DNA of 64,000 nt from an uncultured Bacillota bacterium (lineage in GTDB: Bacteria > Sysuimicrobiota > Sysuimicrobiia > Sysuimicrobiales > Segetimicrobiaceae): the NCBI GenBank assembly GCA_963804645.1, contig CAWDRG010000009.1, forward strand, positions 640,001-704,000. Reading direction: 5' to 3'. Below are positions 48,896 to 58,357 of the stretch, in pieces (the first letter of the stretch is position 1; each line of letters opens with the position of its first letter). Made by a program: the position numbers and the translations under genes. The notes under the pieces were generated by a model. That model saw only the letters and a program-made list of their open reading frames with translations, had not been told where the DNA came from and did no database searches.

Positions 48896-50495
48896 TTACT
48901 CGGCGGATGCGACGTCCGACGCGGACACCCGCTGGCCCCGCCGCATGAACAGCACCAGCGGCAGGCACGCAAAAAACACGATGCCGATGACACCGAACGC
49001 GTAATCGTATGCGACCACGTAGGCCTGCTGGGTGATCCAGGCCTGGAGCGTCGCGAGCGCCTGCATGTGGGCGGTCGTGGCATCGCTGCCGTGCGCGATG
49101 AATCCCGCCTGCAGCAGCTTCCACCACTGCATGAACTGCTGATTGTAGATGGACGCGTACTTCATCAGATTGGCGCTCGCGGTCACGACCTTGTGGTCGA
49201 CCAGCGTGATCACGATCGCGGTGCCCAGGCTGCCTCCCAGCTGCCGGACCAGGTTGTACATCCCGGTGGCGTTCTGCATCTGCGGCCGCGGGATCGTGGA
49301 CAGCGACGAGGTGGACAGCGACACGAACATCAGCGAGAACCCGATCCCCTGTAAAAGTTGCGGCACGAGGATCTGCACTTCGCTCGTGTTCAGGTTGAAC
49401 TGCGCCATCATCAGCCCGGCGCCGCCGCTCAGCAGCAGGCCGCAGGGCAGCATGATGTACACGCCGAGTCGGTTGTAGAGCATGCCGGCGATCGGCATCA
49501 TCAGGAGCATGCTGAGCGATCGGGGGATCAGGGTCACGCCGGCCTGCGTCGCGCTGTAGCCGAGCAGCTGCTGGAAGAACAGCGGCATGAGAATCATGCC
49601 GCCCCACAGCGCCAAGCCGAGCACCCCGATCACGATCGTCCCGGAGGCAAACGACGCGTTCCGCAGCACGCGAAGGTCCACCACGGGGTCCTTCACGCGC
49701 AGCTCCCAGAGGACGAACACGGTCAGGGCCACGACCGAGACGATGACGAGCGTCGTGATGAACGGGCTCCCGAACCACCCGTCCGTTTCCCCCTGCTCGA
49801 GCAGGATCTGCAGCGAGGCGAGGCCGACCGCCATCAGGCCGATGCCGACGCCGTCGATGCGGCGGATGCCCTGCGCCCGCATGTACGGCGGGTCGATGAT
49901 GAACAGCGACGCCATGAACAGGCCGATGATCCCGATCGGGATATTGACGAAGAAGATGAACGGCCACGAGAGGTTGTCCGTGATCCAGCCCCCGAGGCTC
50001 GGCCCAAGCGCGGGGCCGAGCATGCCGATCATCGCAAACATCCCCATCGCCTGCGCCTGTTCGTTCGGCGGGAACGTCTCGCGCATGATCGCCTGGGAGA
50101 CGGGCTGGAGCGCTCCGCCGCCGATCCCCTGGAGGACCCGGAAGGCGATCAGCTCGCCGAGCGTGCGGGACATGCCGCAGAGGGCGGACGCGATCGTGAA
50201 GATGGTGATCGACAGCATGAACATGCGCTTGCGGCCGAGCACCGACGCCACCCACGCGGTGAGCGGCATGATGATCACGAGGGTGATCAGGTAGGAGGTG
50301 CTGACCCACGTCACTTCCTGGGTGGTGACCCCGTACGTCGCCTTAATATGGGCGAGCGACACGTTGACGACGCTCGTATCGATCGCGCCCATCATGCCCC
50401 CGAACAGGATGGAGGCGGAGACGACCCACTTGTTGGGCCGCGGCGGGAACGCCGCGTCCGCCGAGGGCCGCCGGGAGGGTCGCGGTCGCGGCCAT
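48896..50495 (-). CDS. emrB: DHA2 MFS efflux permease (EmrB-like); apparent frameshift in the first 100 nt
   Basis: IDTSVVNV, WVSTSY, FRVLQG, FFVNIPIG; frame is open upstream of 50395 (NKWVVSASILFGG) but the ATG at 50495 is out of frame. Confidence 0.85.
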
Positions 50496-50505
50496 TGCGC
50501 TCGGC

Positions 50506-51930
50506 CTACTTGTCCACCCGTCGCGTGTCGATCGCCACCTCGCAGGACAGGCCGACCTGCAGGAGCCGGCCGGGATCCGTGCCCTGAACCAGGGTGATCT
50601 TGACGGGGACCAATTGGACGACCTTCACGAAGTTGCCGGTCGCGTTATCGGGCGGCAGGAGCGCGACGGACGACCCCGTCGCCGCGCCCAGGCTTTGGAC
50701 GTGGCCCTGGAAGACGCGGCCGCGAAACGCGTCCACGGTGATCCGCACCGGATTCCCGACCTGCACGTTGCTGAGCTGCGTCTCCTTGAGGTTCGCGACG
50801 ACCCAGATGTCGTGGGCGATCGTCACCGACAACAGCGGCTCGTTCGGCTGCACGACCATCCCCAGCTCCGCCGTGCGGTTCGTGACCCATCCGTCGGCGG
50901 GCGCGCGGATCAGCGTCCGGTCGAGGTTGACTTGTGCCGTCGTGACCGCCTGCGCGGCCTGCGCGGCCTGCGCCTGGGCCTGGGCCAGCATCTGCGCCTT
51001 CTGCTGCACGAGCGTGTTGCCGGCCTCGGCCTGCGCCAGGGTGCCCCGCGCCTGCGCGATCTCCCCCTGATTCACCGTGATGTTCTGTTCCGCGATGGTG
51101 ACCTGCTGGAGGTTGGCCTTCGCCGACACCAGCGCGGATTGGGCCTGCCGCAGGGCATCCTGAGCCGAGAGATACGCCGCCTGCGCGGTCTCGTACGCCG
51201 CGTTGTCGGCGTCGACCTGGGCCTGGGCAATCGCCCCCTCGGAGAGGAGCTGATGGTCGCGGGCGAGCGTCTTTTGCGCCGCATCGGCGTTCGCCTTGGT
51301 CGAGGCGATGTTGGCTTGCGCCGTGGTGACCTGTTCCTGCGCCTGGGAGACCGCGGCGGCCGTCTGCTGCCGTTCCATGTTCAGCTGTGCCTGGGCTTGG
51401 GGCAGCTTGGGCGTGGTCGCCTGGAGCGCGCCGCGCGCGACGCTCAGGCCGGTGCTGTACTCCTCTTGCTGCGCGTTCAGCGCCGCCTGCCCGGCATTGA
51501 CCTGCGCCTGGGCGGCCGCGAGATTCGCCCGCGCGGACCCGAGCGCGAGACGGTAGTCCGTGGGATCGATCTGGACCAGGACCTGTCCCGCGCGCACCAG
51601 CTGGTTGTCGGTGATGTCGAGCTTGACGATCGTGCCCGTGATCAGGGCCGCGACGGGCGCGACATCGCCGGTGGTCTGGGCGTTGTCGGTCTTCACGATC
51701 CCGAGGTTCGACCGCCAGTACGCGAACGCCGCCGCCAGGATGATCAGGACGACCAGGGCGGCCACCGGAAGCGCGAGACTCCGTCGGGACCTGCGGGTCG
51801 CAGGAGGCGTCTGCGGCTCGGGCGCCGGGATGTCACCATCCCGCCCCGAGCCGGTGGGGCGCGTTTTCTCAGCGTCGGCGGCAATCGTCGGGCCAGCCTT
51901 CACGTCGACTGCGCTAGGTGCGTCGTTCAT
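50506..51930 (-). CDS. emrA: HlyD/EmrA family membrane fusion protein
   Basis: TM anchor, TDNA, long Q/A-rich coiled coil, LLPPDNATGNFVKVVQ. Confidence 0.92.
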   Translation of the reverse strand: MNDAPSAVDVKAGPTIAADAEKTRPTGSGRDGDIPAPEPQTPPATRRSRRSLALPVAALVVLIILAAAFAYWRSNLGIVKTDNAQTTGDVAPVAALITGTIVKLDITDNQLVRAGQVLVQIDPTDYRLALGSARANLAAAQAQVNAGQAALNAQQEEYSTGLSVARGALQATTPKLPQAQAQLNMERQQTAAAVSQAQEQVTTAQANIASTKANADAAQKTLARDHQLLSEGAIAQAQVDADNAAYETAQAAYLSAQDALRQAQSALVSAKANLQQVTIAEQNITVNQGEIAQARGTLAQAEAGNTLVQQKAQMLAQAQAQAAQAAQAVTTAQVNLDRTLIRAPADGWVTNRTAELGMVVQPNEPLLSVTIAHDIWVVANLKETQLSNVQVGNPVRITVDAFRGRVFQGHVQSLGAATGSSVALLPPDNATGNFVKVVQLVPVKITLVQGTDPGRLLQVGLSCEVAIDTRRVDK

Positions 51931-52454
51931 CGGGTCTCTCCCACTCCTTCGAGTGACGGTGCTCGGCCGGCCGCCTGCTCCTGCAATACCTGCTCGCGTA
52001 TTCCCCGGAGCCGAACCAGCCGTTCCTGCAGTTCCTTGTGAAGCTTCGCCAGCCGCGCCGTGCGCTCGTCAACGATGCGCATCTGAGACTGTGCCAGCGC
52101 CATGGCCTGATCGAGCAGCCCGAGGCGCGTCGCCGGATCCGTGGCCTGCTGGTACGCCTCGCGGATTTCCGCGCGCACCGCGTCCGCGTGGAGCGTTTCC
52201 TTGATCTCAGCGAGTGAAATGCCGAGGAGCGACTGCAACTCCTTGATCCTCAGCAGCAGGGCGATCTCCGCCTCGGTGAAGAGGCGAAACCCGCCGGCGG
52301 TTCTCCCTGAGGGGGACAGCAGACCCACTTCTTCGTAGTAGCGAATCGCGCGCGGAGTCAAGCTCGTCCGGCGGACAACTTCTTCCATGCGGTAGTTCGC
52401 TTGGGGTCCGGTGGGATCTTGCTCCTCTGAGATGGGTGCCTGACCGTCCGTCAT
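51927..52454 (-). CDS. MerR family transcriptional regulator
   Basis: RAIRYYEEVGLL, GFRLF, SLAEIK. Confidence 0.92.
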   Translation of the reverse strand: MTDGQAPISEEQDPTGPQANYRMEEVVRRTSLTPRAIRYYEEVGLLSPSGRTAGGFRLFTEAEIALLLRIKELQSLLGISLAEIKETLHADAVRAEIREAYQQATDPATRLGLLDQAMALAQSQMRIVDERTARLAKLHKELQERLVRLRGIREQVLQEQAAGRAPSLEGVGETR

Positions 52455-52499
52455 CCGCTCATTCTCCTACCCAAAGCTTAATCAAATAGCGCTTTAGGG

Positions 52500-52530
52500 A
52501 TTATAACATACTCTTCCGTTAACGTGACAT
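52500..52530 (-). promoter_or_regulatory. MerR-type promoter with 19-bp spacer and operator-like dyad
   Basis: Minus strand ATGTCA-cgttaacggaagagtatgt-TATAAT; spacer holds palindrome CGTTAACG. Confidence 0.65.
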
Positions 52531-52823
52531 TGCCCAAATTACTTCCGTTGTTGCCGCCCGTTTTCGGGGCGCCGGGACCGTCGCCATCCCTTCCGTCACG
52601 TAAACGAGAGATTCTACTCCTGCTCGCCGCCTGCCTTGACTTGCCTAGAATGGTTCGACCTGCCCCCCGAGGCGGTGCTGCCTCGGAAGGCGCCTGGTGA
52701 CGCGGGTCGAGGCCGGCACTCACGGGGTGATTCGTCCGTTGAAACTGGCATCGCTTCTTGCTATGCGCCGGCCGGAGCAATCCTGTTCCGGATGCCTATA
52801 TGTATTCGTATTCGCCTTCGACG

Positions 52824-52843
52824 TATAATCGAACACCGGTTCG
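52824..52843 (+). promoter_or_regulatory. -10 box and adjacent LexA-type (Cheo) box upstream of ku
   Basis: TATAAT 52824-52829 followed directly by CGAAC-ACCG-GTTCG 52830-52843. Confidence 0.7.
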
Positions 52844-52945
52844 CGTGGCGAAGGCGGCCGTTGCGCATGCGCGCCTGCGGGTATAAGATTCTCGTTGCCG
52901 CCCAAGGCGGCAGCGCGTGGGGGGCATAGCTGGGGGGATCGCGTC

Positions 52946-53809
52946 GTGCGACCGTCTTGGAGGGGCTACGTCAGCTTCGGGCTCGTGACGATTCCCGTTA
53001 AACTGTACACGGCGACCGAACAGAAAGACGTTCGGTTCCGACTGCTGCACACCGTCTGTCATACGCCCATCAAGAATCAGCGCTTCTGTCCTCACTGCGA
53101 CCGCGTGATCGAATGGGCCGACGTCGTCCGCGGGTACGAGGCGAGCAAGGGTCGCTTCGTGCTCGTGACCGACGAGGAGCTGGAGCAGATTCCGATCGAC
53201 ACCAGCGGCAACGTGAATATCGCCGGGTTCGTCGAACTCCAGGACATCGACCCGATCTACTACGAGCGGTCCTACTACGTCGCGCCGGACGAGGGCGGAG
53301 CCAAGGCGTTTCTCCTGCTCGAGGAGGCGCTGCGCGAGGCGAACCGGGTGGCGATCGGCAAAGTGGTGATTCGGGAGAAAGAGCAGCTCGTGTCGCTTCG
53401 CCCGTATCAAAAGGCGATGGTGCTGAGCACGCTGTTCTATGCCGACGAGGTGCGGTCGCTGTCCGGTCTGGAAGAACTGCCGGTGGAGGCCACGGTGCAT
53501 CCCAACGAGCGGAAGATGGCCGTGCAGCTCGTGGAGAATCTCGCGATGGAGTTCAATGTCGAGGAGTTCAAAGACGAGTACCGTGATGCCCTCATGGCGA
53601 TGATCAGTGCGAAGGGTAAGGGCGAGGAAGTCGCCGGGCCGAAAGAGGCGCCCGCCCCGGGCAAGGTCGTCGACCTGATGGAGGCGCTCAAGCGAAGTGT
53701 CGAGATGGCGAAGGGCAGCCATCGGCGGCCGGCGGCCGACGGCAAGAGCGCCCGCGCCGCGGGCCAGCAGCGGCGGGCGGCGGGCGGCATGCACGAGCGT
53801 CCGCGATAG
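52946..53809 (+). CDS. ku: Ku protein (non-homologous end joining)
   Basis: WRGYVSFGLVTIPVKLY, VRGYE, IDPIYYERSYY, VVDLMEALKRS. Confidence 0.95.
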   Translation: MRPSWRGYVSFGLVTIPVKLYTATEQKDVRFRLLHTVCHTPIKNQRFCPHCDRVIEWADVVRGYEASKGRFVLVTDEELEQIPIDTSGNVNIAGFVELQDIDPIYYERSYYVAPDEGGAKAFLLLEEALREANRVAIGKVVIREKEQLVSLRPYQKAMVLSTLFYADEVRSLSGLEELPVEATVHPNERKMAVQLVENLAMEFNVEEFKDEYRDALMAMISAKGKGEEVAGPKEAPAPGKVVDLMEALKRSVEMAKGSHRRPAADGKSARAAGQQRRAAGGMHERPR

Positions 53810-53840
53810 CGATCGTCCCCAAGCGCACGCGCGTGACGCG

Positions 53841-53872
53841 CCGAACGGCGGCCCGGAAGGGCCGCCGTTCGG
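53841..53872. terminator. 14-bp stem hairpin between convergent genes
   Basis: CCGAACGGCGGCCC-GGAA-GGGCCGCCGTTCGG. Confidence 0.7.
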
Positions 53873-53899
53873 ACTATCGTCGGAACTGCGCCGGCGCGC

Positions 53900-55510
53900 T
53901 TACTTCCAGGTCGCGTAGATCGCGGCCCACTTCTCGTTTGGCGTCACGCTCACGCCCTGCAGATGGTTGGTCGCGACCATGTAGAAGTCCTGACTCCAGA
54001 GGAAGATCCACGGCGCGTCCTTCCAGATCATCTGCTGCGCTTCCTTATACATCGCCTCGCGCTTCGTTTGATCCGGGACCGTCTGGGCCTGCAGCAACAG
54101 GTTGTCGACGTCGGTGTCCTTGTAGAACGACGGCGCCAGCCCGGTGGGCGGCCACTGCCCCGAGTAGAACTGGCCGAACAGCTCGCCGTCGGCGTCCAGG
54201 TACTGCGTCGCCCACCCGAGGATGAAGATCTGAAGCGGGCTCTGCGCCAGCGGAGTCACCATCCACTTCACGTACGTCGGCCAGTCGGAGGTCTGGACGT
54301 TCGCCTGGATCCCGACGTTGCTGAGCTGCGCCGCGACCGCCTGGGCGAACTGATAGTCCTGGATGTACCGCCCCGTGGGGGTCCGGAAGTCGAGCTGGAA
54401 GCCCTGGGGGTAGCCGGCCTCCGAGAGCAGCTTCTTCGCCAGCGTCGGGTTGAACGGCCACCCGCCCGCCTGCAGCTTGGTGTATCCAAACAGCGCCGGG
54501 GTCGTCGGCGACTCGAGCACGTGCGCGAGGCCGAACAGCACGCTGTGGATGATCGCATCCTTGTTGATCGCGTAGTTGAGGGCCTGGCGTACCCGGACGT
54601 CCTTCAGCGGTCCGTATTGGTTGTTGAGCCCGATGAAGACGTCGCGGTCGCTCGCTCCGGAGATCACCGTGAGCGTGTTGTCCTTGCGGAGCGTGGGAAC
54701 GTCCGGGGCGGGCGGTTCGTATGCCATCTGGACGTCGCCCGCGCGCAGCATGGTCTCGCGCGTGCCGGCGTTCGGCACGACGCGGAAGATCACCGTGTCG
54801 AAATACGGCTTCTTCCCCCAATAGTTCGGGTTCTTGACGAGCGTGATGTGGTCGCCGTGCACCCACTCCTTGAACACGTAGGGACCCGTCCCGGCATCCG
54901 TCGGGCCGAGCACGATCTTGTCGTTGCCGATCTTCTTGACCGCGGTCGGCGAGAGGATCATCCCCGGCCCCGCGGCCATCCGCTCGAGCAGCGTCGGACT
55001 GGTCTGCTTGAGGTGCAGCACCACCGTATACGGATCCGGGGTGTCGATCCGGGTGGCGTCGATGTCGGTGAAGTAATACCGGTTCGGATTGCGCACGCTG
55101 GTGTCGAGCCACCGCTGGACGTTGAACTTCACCGCGTCCGCGTTGAAGTCGGTGCCGTCCTGGAACTTGACGCCCTGCCGCAGTTTAAACGTGTAGGTCA
55201 GCCCGTCGGGGCTCACCGTCCACGACGTCGCGAGCTGCGGCGTGAGCTTCGTATACTGGGGCTGGCCCGGTTCCACGCCCGAGCGCTCGTCGTTCGGCCA
55301 GATGAGCGAGTCGAACATGTATTCCACCATGTTGGACACGGTGGTGGTCGTCTGCCCTTCGGGGTCGAGCGTGTCGGCGTCGATGCCGACGGCGATCGTC
55401 AGGGTGGTCGGCGCGGCGGCGAATCCTCCCCGGGGGATCACGAGGAGCACCACCGCCACGACGCAGGCCACCAGCAGCGCGACGACGGGACGTACGGCCG
55501 ATCGGATCAT
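53900..55510 (-). CDS. Peptide/glutathione ABC substrate-binding protein (family 5)
   Basis: Signal peptide, TLDP, FQDGTDFNADAV, GTGPY, DVRVRQALNYA. Confidence 0.92.
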   Translation of the reverse strand: MIRSAVRPVVALLVACVVAVVLLVIPRGGFAAAPTTLTIAVGIDADTLDPEGQTTTTVSNMVEYMFDSLIWPNDERSGVEPGQPQYTKLTPQLATSWTVSPDGLTYTFKLRQGVKFQDGTDFNADAVKFNVQRWLDTSVRNPNRYYFTDIDATRIDTPDPYTVVLHLKQTSPTLLERMAAGPGMILSPTAVKKIGNDKIVLGPTDAGTGPYVFKEWVHGDHITLVKNPNYWGKKPYFDTVIFRVVPNAGTRETMLRAGDVQMAYEPPAPDVPTLRKDNTLTVISGASDRDVFIGLNNQYGPLKDVRVRQALNYAINKDAIIHSVLFGLAHVLESPTTPALFGYTKLQAGGWPFNPTLAKKLLSEAGYPQGFQLDFRTPTGRYIQDYQFAQAVAAQLSNVGIQANVQTSDWPTYVKWMVTPLAQSPLQIFILGWATQYLDADGELFGQFYSGQWPPTGLAPSFYKDTDVDNLLLQAQTVPDQTKREAMYKEAQQMIWKDAPWIFLWSQDFYMVATNHLQGVSVTPNEKWAAIYATWK

Positions 55511-55681
55511 GGCTCACATCCCTCCTTCTTGCGTATGAGGCTATGCGGCCGGAGCCGCCGATCTGGGCGCGGAGGGTCCCGCGCGACAGGGCTATCTACA
55601 GTACGCGCTGCCGGGGAGGAATTCCTTTGGACGAGGCTTGCGGACTAGGCAGACGACTGCCACCGAAGTAGAATATGCCCC

Positions 55682-55773
55682 GGAGGGGTGCGAGAGCTCG
55701 GCTGAATCGGGCGGTCTCGAAAACCGCTAGGCGGGCAACTGCCTCGGGGGTTCAAATCCCTCCCCCTCCGCCA
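55682..55773 (+). tRNA. tRNA-Ser (anticodon CGA)
   Basis: GGAGGGG/CCCCTCC acceptor stem, GCGGT-CTCGAAA-ACCGC anticodon arm, long variable arm, GGTTCAAATCC, encoded GCCA; TAGAAT just upstream. Confidence 0.96.
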
Positions 55774-55967
55774 ACGACCCATGAGTGCCATGGGTCGGCG
55801 CACAGGCTTATCGTCCGAGCTGAAGCGCGTCCCGCTGGAGAAATTGCCGCCGTGTACTACATTGTACTGCGTTGTACCATGTACTTTAGACGACGGAAGA
55901 ACCAACCCGTTTTATTATCAGGTCCGCCGTGTTCGTCCAGCGGAGTGCGTCGATGACTTGATCCTGA

Positions 55968-56378
55968 CTACCGCGGTTGTACGTCGATCGGGGGCCCACT
56001 CACGTGCATCTGATCGCGGATTCGGCCCGCAAACTCTGCCGCTCCGTAGCAGCGGAACTTGAACTCCGTGCCGTCGCGTAGCGCCACGGTCACGACGCGC
56101 GTGCCGATTCCGAAGCGATCAGTAACCGACGTAATGTCCGCCAGGGGTACGCGACGGCTCATATTGTCTTTGTGAACGAATCGGTTCATTGCATTCGGTC
56201 GGAAATCGAGACAATCTGGCAAGAGATACATGGTGCCACCGACCCATAAGCCCCTATAGTTTGCCTTGAAAAATTTAAGAGCGATCTTTACTTCCGCGTC
56301 CATTGGAAATCCCAACTCAGCGGATTTGATGAGAGCGTTTACTATCTTTTTGGCAACAATGTTTGCTGGCTCCTCCAT
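55968..56378 (-). CDS. Hypothetical protein, possible PH/GRAM-like fold
   Basis: ATG 56378 after GGAGGTGA; GGTMYL..L.F.P and VPLADITSV pattern; AT-richer codons. Confidence 0.65.
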   Translation of the reverse strand: MEEPANIVAKKIVNALIKSAELGFPMDAEVKIALKFFKANYRGLWVGGTMYLLPDCLDFRPNAMNRFVHKDNMSRRVPLADITSVTDRFGIGTRVVTVALRDGTEFKFRCYGAAEFAGRIRDQMHVSGPPIDVQPR

Positions 56379-56490
56379 GAATTGTTCACCTCCGTCATCT
56401 ATGTTAGGCACACCATGATTTGCAAGCAATAGGCGCGGTGGAGGACCGGCTCGCGCCCTTGACCATGGAACGTATGCTTGCCGTGATGAG

Positions 56491-56525
56491 CTGCCTCGCG
56501 GAGTTCACATCCTTCCCCTTCGCCA
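56491..56525 (+). repeat. Degenerate copy of the tRNA-Ser 3' end (att-like)
   Basis: CTGCCTCGCGGAGTTCACATCCTTCCCCTTCGCCA versus tRNA CTGCCTCGGGGGTTCAAATCCCTCCCCCTCCGCCA. Confidence 0.75.
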
Positions 56526-56601
56526 AGAACCCATGAAAGACATGGGTGCGCACGCAGCGCCTCTTGTCCGACTCCGATCGCTTCTCGCGCGAACACTCCG
56601 A

Positions 56602-56748
56602 CCATGGTAACCGCTTGTACTACTCCGTTTCGCTATGGCAGGCCGCCGCGCGGACTCGGACGGATGCCCATTTCGTGACGCGGACGTGATCTGGACCGGC
56701 ATGGGGCGCGCGCCCGATATCCTGGTGGCTGTGGGGAGCGTATTCTTT
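56602..56748 (+). repeat. Conserved non-coding block, copy A
   Basis: Hand alignment to 58105-58251: about 11 mismatches and 1 indel over the first ~140 nt. Confidence 0.9.
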
Positions 56749-56761
56749 GAATTGAGGAGAG

Positions 56762-57844
56762 ATGTCAAAACCTGCAGGGGGATGTGCCGTGTCGACTTAC
56801 GTCACCGTCCCGATCGACGAGAATGGCATCATTTCCGATTTATACCTCCCGTCAATTATCTCCGAGTCAACGCACGACCCGTTCCGATTTTCCGATGTGT
56901 TCGTCTACTCGCACGGTTGGTGGACCAATGCCGCGCAGGCCATGACGGACTATAACCACTTCGTCGTGGATCTCACAAGATGTCTCCTGCAGATAGCTCC
57001 GGCGCCGCCGTCCGATCTCGCCCTCCCCCGGTCGTCATTTCCGATTGCGCTCCATTGGCCGTCTATGATTAGCGAGGACCCAGGTTCTCTTGCGAACGCT
57101 GCGGAACTCGCGACCTTTTTCTCAATGGGGAAGCGCGCCGACGTTGTCGGCCAACATGGGGTATCATCGCTCGTGAGAATGCTCTACAACGACTGGAACC
57201 CGCCGACGTCGGACATGAAGTTGCGCCTCAACTTGATCGGGCACAGCTTTGGCTGCCGTGTGGTATGTTCCGGGTTGGCCACGGCGCTCACGACGATTGC
57301 TCAGGAGCAGCGCCGACTTCCCCAGTCAATCCAGTTGAGAGTGGTACTGCTTGCGCCGGCCTTCAACAGCGATGAGCTCCAACATGACCAGGATTACGCT
57401 GCGCTCACCGAACCGGAATTGGACCTGCGCATCCTGGCAACCCGTTCCGACGGGGACACATCGCTCTGCACGTGGTATCCGCGGGCCGAAGCGCTGAATT
57501 TCTTCGCAAAGGAGCCCGTGACGGCGTTGGGCGGCGCAGGTCCGAGCGCACAGACTCTTTCTGACTTTGCCTCAAGCGGTACCGGTATTTCGGTGGGCCC
57601 CGGGTTTACGTATAAAGGGGTCGTCACGAACACCGAGCGCCTCGTCGTCGCAGATCTCAGCGCATTGCATGCCGCGAACCCCGATCATGTGACGAGCAAG
57701 TTCGCCGGCCATCACTCCGACATTTACTACAACGAGATTTACGAGCTGATCGCGGGATTTCTGTTCACGCGTTATCCGTTGGGGGTCGCGCCGCCTCCGG
57801 AATCACGCACCCCTGTTTTAGAATCGCCGGTGACCGCTCGGTAA
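56762..57844 (+). CDS. Alpha/beta hydrolase
   Basis: VYSHGW, LHWPS, IGHSFG nucleophile elbow, GHHSDI; GAGGAG RBS. Confidence 0.8.
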   Translation: MSKPAGGCAVSTYVTVPIDENGIISDLYLPSIISESTHDPFRFSDVFVYSHGWWTNAAQAMTDYNHFVVDLTRCLLQIAPAPPSDLALPRSSFPIALHWPSMISEDPGSLANAAELATFFSMGKRADVVGQHGVSSLVRMLYNDWNPPTSDMKLRLNLIGHSFGCRVVCSGLATALTTIAQEQRRLPQSIQLRVVLLAPAFNSDELQHDQDYAALTEPELDLRILATRSDGDTSLCTWYPRAEALNFFAKEPVTALGGAGPSAQTLSDFASSGTGISVGPGFTYKGVVTNTERLVVADLSALHAANPDHVTSKFAGHHSDIYYNEIYELIAGFLFTRYPLGVAPPPESRTPVLESPVTAR

Positions 57845-57973
57845 GCGGGCGCGCCGACAAGCCCCGAGATGCTCGGCGAACGGGACGGCTCGAAGGTGTA
57901 AATTCAATCGCCGGGCCAGAATGTCGAGGACGTTCCGCGAGGTCAATCAAACTGGCACAGCTATGGCGGGCGC

Positions 57974-58028
57974 AAAACTGCTAGGAGGGTAACTGCCTCC
58001 GGGGGTTCAAATTCCTCCCCTTCCGCCA
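57974..58028 (+). repeat. Degenerate copy of the tRNA-Ser 3' half (att-like)
   Basis: Matches 55720-55773 with 5 mismatches and 1 insertion by hand count. Confidence 0.9.
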
Positions 58029-58104
58029 ATGCCCCATCAACGACATGGGTCGGCACACAAGCGTGCCCGTTTGATTCGAACCGCGTCTTACCCGAGAACT
58101 GCGG

Positions 58105-58251
58105 CCATGGTAACCGCTTGTCCTGCTTCGCTTCGTTATGGCAGGCCGCCGCGCGGACTCGGACGGATGCCCCACTTCCTGACGCGGACGTGATCTGGAA
58201 CGGCATGGGGCGCGCGCCTGATACCCTGGCGGCTGTGGGGAGCTATTATTT
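58105..58251 (+). repeat. Conserved non-coding block, copy B
   Basis: Direct repeat of 56602-56748 at the same 1503-nt offset as the tRNA fragments. Confidence 0.9.
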
Positions 58252-58357
58252 AACTTTTGCACGAAATCGATCAGTAGGTGAAAGGTACAGCCGCGGGACG
58301 AGAGCCGGAAAACGTCGAGGGGCGCATCGCAGTAGGCTTTGGGGAGGTGAACCTACA

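Noticed and set aside
56491..58028. Additional functional tRNA genes
   Set aside because: Both copies lack the 5' acceptor strand and D arm
55682..58251. CRISPR array or classical integron as explanation for the repeats
   Set aside because: Repeats are tRNA-derived and 0.75-1.5 kb apart; no cas or intI gene and no attC-type structure seen
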